Below, piece after piece: positions 57,737-64,000 of a stretch of 64,000 bases of DNA. How positions within the stretch are numbered: position 1 is the stretch's first letter; each line of letters begins with the position of its first letter. Under the pieces are notes generated by a model. The model did no database searches. It was not told the DNA's origin and saw only the letters and a program-made list of their open reading frames with translations. The stretch is from assembly GCA_963668545.1 (NCBI GenBank), contig OY764868.1, positions 1,426,065-1,490,064 on the forward strand, read 5' to 3'. Made by a program: the position numbers and the translations under genes. Origin of the DNA: Spirochaetia bacterium. GTDB taxonomy: Bacteria; Spirochaetota; Spirochaetia; CADAEX01.

Positions 57737-58267
57737 TTAAACCTCCCCTGAAAAATCTAATTTTGCTTTTTTTATTTCAGTAAATGGTAATATTCTCATT
57801 TCTCCGGATGACTGTATTTCCACTTCTTTATCATTGCTGTTTCCAATAATACCCCTGATCCATTCTGAATCATTTTCAAGAAGAATCCTCACATGTCTCC
57901 CTTTGAAAACAGCAAACTCATTTGCACTCTTGAAATTCCTTGTTATTCCTGGAGATGAAACTTCAAGATAAAAATATCTGTCCTCATTCAGTGCTTCTAT
58001 TCTTTTCTGAATTGTCCTGTGGACTCTGCTGCAGTCATCAATTCCTATACCTTCGGGTGTATGAATTATAAGATGAATATGAAGGTCTTCAGATACTTTT
58101 CCGGAAGTGAGTTCCACTATTGTATAACCCATTGCATCAACAACAGGGGCTACAATAGAGTAAATATTACTGTTATGTTCTGTTATATAATCCACAATAC
58201 CTCTGCATAAAAAAAGAGTCGATTTTTTCGACTCTTTCAGGACCGAAATATTTTTAATGTACATCAA
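57737..58267 (-). CDS. rimP: ribosome maturation factor RimP
   Basis: 176 aa. Position immediately upstream of nusA and size match RimP. Confidence 0.75.
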   Translation of the reverse strand: MMYIKNISVLKESKKSTLFLCRGIVDYITEHNSNIYSIVAPVVDAMGYTIVELTSGKVSEDLHIHLIIHTPEGIGIDDCSRVHRTIQKRIEALNEDRYFYLEVSSPGITRNFKSANEFAVFKGRHVRILLENDSEWIRGIIGNSNDKEVEIQSSGEMRILPFTEIKKAKLDFSGEV

Positions 58268-58287
58268 ATTTAGCAGAAAAAATGTTT

Positions 58288-59031
58288 TTAATCAAGAGCA
58301 ATGGTGAGAATATGAATATTATTATTTTTCACAGATTTAAGTATGGTTCTGGTGCATTCATTGACAGTTGCACCTGTTGTAAAAATATCATCTATGATAA
58401 GTATTCCTCTGAATGAGTTAAGAATAACAGTTTTAAAGTTTTTTTTTATGTAAAATCTGCTGTTTATATTGCTGAGCCTTTCATATGATGAAAGTTTTTT
58501 CTGTTCTGTACCATGCCTTCTTTTTAAAACTGAAAATACAGGTATTTTTCTGTTAATGAGATGTCTGGATATTATTTCCATATGGTCCCAGCCCTTGTTT
58601 TTCAGTCTTTTTCTGCTGCAGGGGACAGGAATAACAGCATATCCGCTGTAGAGAGTAAAATAAAATTCAGATATTTTATCTGAAAGAAATAATGAGGCAG
58701 ATTTGAAATTCCTGAATTTGTAGTTGTGTATAAGCTGTCTGACTGTCTGATCTGAATATCTCCAGATGGAAATGTTTCTGATGAACAGATAATCCCTGTT
58801 TCTGCAGACTGTGCAAAGCTGATCTTCAGAGATAAGTATTCTGCTGCATTTACTGCAGAAGGATTGATTTGATAAAGAGACATAAAAAGGTGTTGGTATT
58901 TTTTTTCTGCATTCTCCGCACAGGTTGTTAATCAATCCCGGGTTTACTATTCTGCCGCAGACTATGCATCTCCGGGGGAAAAAATAATAATAGATATATC
59001 GCGGTATATTTAACAGAAACATAAAATGCAT
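58288..59031 (-). CDS. ComF-family phosphoribosyltransferase-domain protein
   Basis: 247 aa. N-terminal Cys pairs (CIVCGR...CGEC; CSKC...CTVC) and the PRTase motif ILIIDDIFTTGATV. Confidence 0.75.
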   Translation of the reverse strand: MHFMFLLNIPRYIYYYFFPRRCIVCGRIVNPGLINNLCGECRKKIPTPFYVSLSNQSFCSKCSRILISEDQLCTVCRNRDYLFIRNISIWRYSDQTVRQLIHNYKFRNFKSASLFLSDKISEFYFTLYSGYAVIPVPCSRKRLKNKGWDHMEIISRHLINRKIPVFSVLKRRHGTEQKKLSSYERLSNINSRFYIKKNFKTVILNSFRGILIIDDIFTTGATVNECTRTILKSVKNNNIHILTIALD

Positions 59032-59065
59032 AAATACATAAAACAGCGTTAATTATTAAGCTGAT

Positions 59066-61648
59066 TCAGTTTTTAAGCATTTTTTTCCATGAATTAATTT
59101 TATTAAGTGCTTCAAGAGGTGTCATATTATTGATATCAAGAGATTCTATTTCCCTTGATATAAGGTGGTCTGAAGAGAATAGATCAATCTGGGAATCCGG
59201 AGATGATAAACTGTTCCTGTGAAACTGCTCTTTTTCGGATCTGTCATATTTTTCAAGAAGCTCTTTGCCTCTTATAATCACTTCGTAAGGAATACCTGCT
59301 ATTTCAGCAACATTAATTCCGTATGACTTGTTGGCAGAACCTTTTTTTATTTTTTTCAGGAAAATGAGTTTCCCGTCCTGTTCAACAGCATTCATTGAGA
59401 GGTTCAATATTTCAGGGTAATCAAGACTTACAAGCTCATGATAGTGCGTCGCAAAAAGTGTTCTTGCACGGATTTTCTTTATAATATATTCACATATACT
59501 CCATGCTATTGAAAGACCATCATTGGTGCTTGTACCTCTGCCGACTTCATCCATAATAACAAGAGAGTTTTCAGTTGCTGTCCGGAGAATGTTTGCTGTT
59601 TCCGACATTTCAACAAGAAATGTGGATTCACCCCTGGCCAGGTTGTCTGATGCCCCAACCCTGCAGAATATTCTGTCGACAAGACCTATTTCTGCATCTG
59701 AAGCAGGAACAAATGATCCTGCCTGTGCCATCAGTACAATTAATGCAGTCTGCCTGAGATATGTTGATTTTCCCGCCATATTCGGGCCGGTAAGAAGTAT
59801 GAAATTGTTTTTACCCTTCAGATATATATCATTTGGAACATACTCGCCGGTGGGGAGATTTGCCTCAACAACAGGATGCCTTCCGTTTTTTATATTGAGT
59901 TCCCTTTTATCCGTAATAACAGGTTTTGTATATCCGTTTACTGTTGCTGCATGGGCCAGAGACTGAAGACAGTCAATATCAGATACTTTTTCAGATATAT
60001 CTGATATGAATGGAATGAATGTTTTTATTTTTTCCCTTATTTCAAGAAAAAGCTGCTTTTCCAGCGCAACAATTTTATCTGAAGCACTGTTGAGTTCGCT
60101 TTCAAGATTTACCAGTTTTTCTGTTGTATACCTTTCAGAACCGACAAGAGACTGTCTTCTTATAAAATGCTCAGGTACATTATCAAGATATGATTTAGTT
60201 ACTTCCATGAAGTACCCTATTATCTTGTTGTATCTTATTTTAAGATTGGGAATCTGTGAATTGATTCTTTCATTTTCAATGTAGCTGTTGAGAATATTCT
60301 GGCTGTTGTTTTTCAGATCACGCAGCCTGTCCAGCTCAGTGCTGTACCCGTCTTTGATAATGTTTCCATCTGTGATTAATACAGAAGGTTCTTCTTTAAT
60401 GGAATCATCGATTATCAGGCAGATACTGTTTATTTCATCAATAAGAGAGTTGTTTTCAAGGTATGAAAGAACAGTACTTCCCGAGCTTTCAGAAAGGGTT
60501 TCAAGAATATTTCTAATCGAATAAAAACTGTTTTTAAGACCTGTAAGGTCTTTTCCGTTTGCCCTGTCCATAGCAATTCTGGAGGAGAGCCTTTGAATAT
60601 CCCTTACTGATGAAAGGTTTTTTCTGATTTCAGAAAGCAGTATCTGATTCCTGTAGAAAAAATCAACACAGTTATACCTGAATTCAATTGCATCTTTATC
60701 GGTAAGCGGCGAAGTAAGCCATTTTTTAAGAGTTCTGCTCCCCATGGATGTTCTGGTATAATCAAGAATACTGAAAAGGGTGTATGCCGGCGAATTGTCA
60801 TGAAGGTTTTTCAGTATTTCAAGATTTTTGAGACTGTTCTCGTCAAGTCCCATGAATGAGCTGTTATCATGCTTGATCAGCTTTGTAATGTGTGGAAGAA
60901 GGTTTTTCGAATTTTCATAGAGGTATTCTATAATGACACCTGCACTCAGCAGTTCCGGTGAATCATCTGAAAAGCCGAAGCCTTTAAGTGTGTCCACATT
61001 AAAATGCTTCTTGAGAATTGAAACTGAATTCTCAAGATTGAAATACCAGTCTGGATATCTGTTGACAGGTTTTTTAAACTCTTCAAAAATCCTTTTTACT
61101 TCACTGTTATATTCTGGTATTGATTCCTGTATTATTATTTCACCCGGGTCAAGGCGTGTAAGCTCCCTGCTCAGTATTTCCCTGAGGGATTTCTCATCAG
61201 AGGAAAGCGCAGCAAATTCACCTGTAGATATGTCTACATATGAGAATGAATAACTGTTTCTGTTTTTGCTCAGTGCAGCAAGGTAATTGTTAGTTTTGTT
61301 GTCAAGAAAATCTTCATCAATAACTGTACCTGGAGTGATAATTTCTACAACTTCCCTGTCGACAATTTTTTTCCCTTTGGCTGGTATATTTGAAAGCTGT
61401 TCGCAAATTGCAATTTTTTTACCGGATTTAAGAAGTTTTGCAATATAGGGAGATGATGAGTGGTAAGGTACTCCGCACATTGGAATGCTGTGACGCTTTG
61501 TGAGTGCTATGTCAAGAAGAAGACTTACCTCTTTCGCATCATTTTCAAACATTTCGTAGAAATCGCCGAGGCGGAAAAAAAGAATAGAGTCAGGGTTCTG
61601 ACTCTTTATTCTTTTATACTGCTGCATTACCGGAGTATCTGATGACAT
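59066..61648 (-). CDS. mutS: DNA mismatch repair protein MutS
   Basis: 860 aa. Mismatch-binding N-terminus (GDFYEMF), Walker A GPNMAGKSTYLRQ and an HTH C-terminus. Confidence 0.95.
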   Translation of the reverse strand: MSSDTPVMQQYKRIKSQNPDSILFFRLGDFYEMFENDAKEVSLLLDIALTKRHSIPMCGVPYHSSSPYIAKLLKSGKKIAICEQLSNIPAKGKKIVDREVVEIITPGTVIDEDFLDNKTNNYLAALSKNRNSYSFSYVDISTGEFAALSSDEKSLREILSRELTRLDPGEIIIQESIPEYNSEVKRIFEEFKKPVNRYPDWYFNLENSVSILKKHFNVDTLKGFGFSDDSPELLSAGVIIEYLYENSKNLLPHITKLIKHDNSSFMGLDENSLKNLEILKNLHDNSPAYTLFSILDYTRTSMGSRTLKKWLTSPLTDKDAIEFRYNCVDFFYRNQILLSEIRKNLSSVRDIQRLSSRIAMDRANGKDLTGLKNSFYSIRNILETLSESSGSTVLSYLENNSLIDEINSICLIIDDSIKEEPSVLITDGNIIKDGYSTELDRLRDLKNNSQNILNSYIENERINSQIPNLKIRYNKIIGYFMEVTKSYLDNVPEHFIRRQSLVGSERYTTEKLVNLESELNSASDKIVALEKQLFLEIREKIKTFIPFISDISEKVSDIDCLQSLAHAATVNGYTKPVITDKRELNIKNGRHPVVEANLPTGEYVPNDIYLKGKNNFILLTGPNMAGKSTYLRQTALIVLMAQAGSFVPASDAEIGLVDRIFCRVGASDNLARGESTFLVEMSETANILRTATENSLVIMDEVGRGTSTNDGLSIAWSICEYIIKKIRARTLFATHYHELVSLDYPEILNLSMNAVEQDGKLIFLKKIKKGSANKSYGINVAEIAGIPYEVIIRGKELLEKYDRSEKEQFHRNSLSSPDSQIDLFSSDHLISREIESLDINNMTPLEALNKINSWKKMLKN

Positions 61649-61652
61649 TTTT

Positions 61653-62174
61653 TTATCTGGATGCCTTCAGTTTCTCAATTACAAGATCAGTGATATCAAC
61701 TGTCTGGCTCCACCATATGATATTGGGGTCCTTGGAATTGAAAATTATTGAATAACCTTCACTTTCTGCAATATACTCTATTTTTTCAAGTATTTCAGAG
61801 AGGAATTCCGCAGACTGGATAAGCTTGTTTTTTTTGGCTTCAATATTTGAAAGTTTAAGCTTGCTGTATTCCTTAAGGTAAAGTTTTTTCTTTTCTATCT
61901 GTTCCTCATATTTTAAAACATTGATCTCGTCATTGTTATTCTGGTAATAAAGCTTTCTTTCCTGAAGCTTGTATATATCATCTTTTATGGAAGATACACC
62001 ATCTTCATAACTTTTAATCATTCTTTCGATTTCTCTCAGAGACCTTGAGTCGCCTGAATATGCAGATACAATTTTCGAATAATTTATTATTCCTATTTTC
62101 GCTATCTGCTCTCCTGTAACAAGGGAAACAGCAATAAAGCAGAATGCTGCAAGTATCAGATATTTTTTCATCAT
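61653..62174 (-). CDS. periplasmic chaperone Skp/OmpH-like
   Basis: 173 aa. Signal peptide followed by a coiled-coil-rich sequence. Located between bamA and mutS. Confidence 0.7.
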   Translation of the reverse strand: MMKKYLILAAFCFIAVSLVTGEQIAKIGIINYSKIVSAYSGDSRSLREIERMIKSYEDGVSSIKDDIYKLQERKLYYQNNNDEINVLKYEEQIEKKKLYLKEYSKLKLSNIEAKKNKLIQSAEFLSEILEKIEYIAESEGYSIIFNSKDPNIIWWSQTVDITDLVIEKLKASR

Positions 62175-62183
62175 GTTCTCCTA

Positions 62184-64000
62184 TTAATAAAAACTTGGTG
62201 TAAAACCAATTACAAAGTCAAGTTTCATTGAACTGTCAAAGAGTGGTCCGTCATGCCAGACAATTTCATTATCTTCATATTCATACCTTTTTACAAAGTA
62301 GAAACCGATAGGAAGTCCGGGGACTGTAAGTCTGAATCCTCCACCTAGAGAATAATAGTAATCATTTTTATCCCTGTCTCTGAAGGAATCCCTGTCAGAC
62401 CATATACCGGTTGCGCTTATAAACCAGTCCCACCACAGAAATCTTTCTGCAATAGGCATCCTGAGTTCCAGCCAGTTATCCCAAAGGGCATGGCCGTCAT
62501 AAACCCTAGTCCATCCTCTGGCCATTGTCATACCGTCGATATAGAACATTTCACTCCTGGTAACATCAAGACTTCCGTCAAACTGTTCCCATAAAAGGGA
62601 AAGAGCTGTATGTCCTGCAAGCACCATTTTGAAATTCCAGGATGAGAACACTGGTATTGAAAAAAGCTGATGAAAAGCTTCTGCCTTGGATGTAGTGCTT
62701 ATATAGTTTCTCTCGGAAGGAAGAATACCTCCTGCATATGTTATTGACTGTTTCAGGTAGAAACCTTTGCTTGGATTATAGATAATATCCCTTGTATCCC
62801 ATGAAAGGCTGTACCAGAGCTTGTTTATAGTCTGCCATTCCTGAAAGTTGTCCCTGATTGTTTCGTTGTATGGCCTGTATATTTCATCATCATAATCCAC
62901 CCATGTCCTTGATATATCATAGCCTGTGGATGCATTAACCCTTCCGACAGGTGTATGCCATGTATAACCTGTGTTGAGACCAAGTGAAACATCCCAGGAG
63001 TCATATTCCATCAGGTATGATTCAGGTATTGTTTCTCCCATTCTTATAGCATATTCATAGTCAGTTATGGAATCGCTGTCTTGGGGTTCAATTTCACCTG
63101 TATCCGGATCAACCCAGTATCCGTAATAAGGATCAGGGACCTCCCCCTCATCAAGGTCATCTCCCTGGAATATCGGGCCCAGTATGTCCTGAGGTACCTG
63201 CCTGGTTTTCTCATGTGCAAATGAAAGCGTTACTCCCCCTGTCCATCTCTTGTTTGCAAGCCATCTTTCGGTAAATCCTATAGAAACTTCCTGCGCTTCG
63301 CTTGAAAGGTTAGTCCCTATGCTCAGCTGCTGACCGTTTCCGAGAAAATTCCTGTCTGTCCATTTTATGAAAGTCATTATGGGAAGATCACCTGCTTCTG
63401 CAGTAAATGAAAGGCCGAACTGAACATCAGTGGTTTTACCCTCTTCAACATTTATAATAAGGTCCATAAGCCCGTCAGCACTTCCCTGTGGTGTTTCAGG
63501 TTCAACAACACCGAAGTACTGAAGGTTGTAGAGGTTTGTCATCCCTTCTATGATTTTTTTCTTGCTGAATATATCTCCTACCTCAAGGGGAAGCTCCCTT
63601 AATATTACATGGTCCTTTGTCTTGTCATTTCCCCTGACTGTAATGTTTTCAATATGGGCCCTTCCCTGCTCTATGATTTTCACCCTGTATGCTATCCTGC
63701 CGTCAGTTTCGTTTCTCTGCTCCTCTTTGGATATCACATTGAAAATATATCCGTCATCATAGTAAAGGTCTGCAACACGGGAAAAATCAGCTTCCAGCTT
63801 TGTCTTATTGAGAATGTCGCCCTCTTCCATCCGAACCTGCTCAAAAAGCTCTTCATCCGTGAAAATAACATTCCCGTCGAAAATCATACCGTCATATACA
63901 TACTGCTTTCCCTCAGATATATAGAATGTAATAATCATGTTTGTCTGGTTGCCTTCATCATCAGCTGTAATATCTTTTTCAACATTTGTGATTTCAGCAT
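62184..64000 (-). CDS. bamA: outer membrane protein assembly factor BamA (3' portion; gene continues beyond window end)
   Basis: POTRA-like region followed by beta-barrel strands ending in an aromatic C-terminus (…VIGFTPSFY). The reading frame remains open to coordinate 64000. Confidence 0.8.
   Translation of the reverse strand, partial: AEITNVEKDITADDEGNQTNMIITFYISEGKQYVYDGMIFDGNVIFTDEELFEQVRMEEGDILNKTKLEADFSRVADLYYDDGYIFNVISKEEQRNETDGRIAYRVKIIEQGRAHIENITVRGNDKTKDHVILRELPLEVGDIFSKKKIIEGMTNLYNLQYFGVVEPETPQGSADGLMDLIINVEEGKTTDVQFGLSFTAEAGDLPIMTFIKWTDRNFLGNGQQLSIGTNLSSEAQEVSIGFTERWLANKRWTGGVTLSFAHEKTRQVPQDILGPIFQGDDLDEGEVPDPYYGYWVDPDTGEIEPQDSDSITDYEYAIRMGETIPESYLMEYDSWDVSLGLNTGYTWHTPVGRVNASTGYDISRTWVDYDDEIYRPYNETIRDNFQEWQTINKLWYSLSWDTRDIIYNPSKGFYLKQSITYAGGILPSERNYISTTSKAEAFHQLFSIPVFSSWNFKMVLAGHTALSLLWEQFDGSLDVTRSEMFYIDGMTMARGWTRVYDGHALWDNWLELRMPIAERFLWWDWFISATGIWSDRDSFRDRDKNDYYYSLGGGFRLTVPGLPIGFYFVKRYEYEDNEIVWHDGPLFDSSMKLDFVIGFTPSFY

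Noticed and set aside
1-64000. CRISPR arrays, transposases, integrases, phage genes, toxin-antitoxin pairs
   Set aside because: None detected. The only repeats are intragenic coding repeats (infB, pnp) and short intergenic direct or inverted repeats. No ORF shows DDE, tyrosine-recombinase or Cas-like motifs.

Overview
This 64 kb window looks like a core chromosomal segment of a spirochete with roughly 38-40% GC. That assignment is an inference from three things visible in the sequence: a ~900-aa long-form GreA, a groES with no adjacent groEL, and gene order resembling published Borrelia loci (murG-cvpA-holB-like-hk-rrp, and bamA-skp-mutS-comF-rimP-nusA-infB-rbfA-truB-ribF-rpsO-pnp). I support about 55 protein-coding genes, almost all housekeeping. 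I see no rRNA, tRNA, CRISPR array, transposase or integrase. The observations I rate highest are these. (1) A near-consensus sigma54 (-24/-12) promoter sits immediately upstream of a 289-aa group-2 sigma70-family (RpoS-like) gene. A PAS histidine kinase and an NtrC-type sigma54 activator lie ~10 kb away in the same window, which parallels the Borrelia Hk2/Rrp2-RpoN-RpoS cascade. (2) A second sigma54 activator consists of the AAA+ domain only and carries a GSFTDA variant of the GAFTGA loop. It overlaps the 3' end of rpsA and sits directly upstream of a membrane TPR protein and a CHASE2-sensor class III nucleotidyl cyclase. (3) A DinG-family Fe-S helicase has an N-terminal RadC-like JAB/JAMM domain. 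(4) A DapF-like protein next to lysC has both catalytic cysteines replaced by serine. (5) IF-2, PNPase and NusA carry unusual low-complexity or zinc-ribbon extensions, and two of these show up as DNA-level tandem repeats. Several intergenic hairpins and direct repeats are listed separately. All calls are by eye from the supplied translations and sequence. No database search was run.
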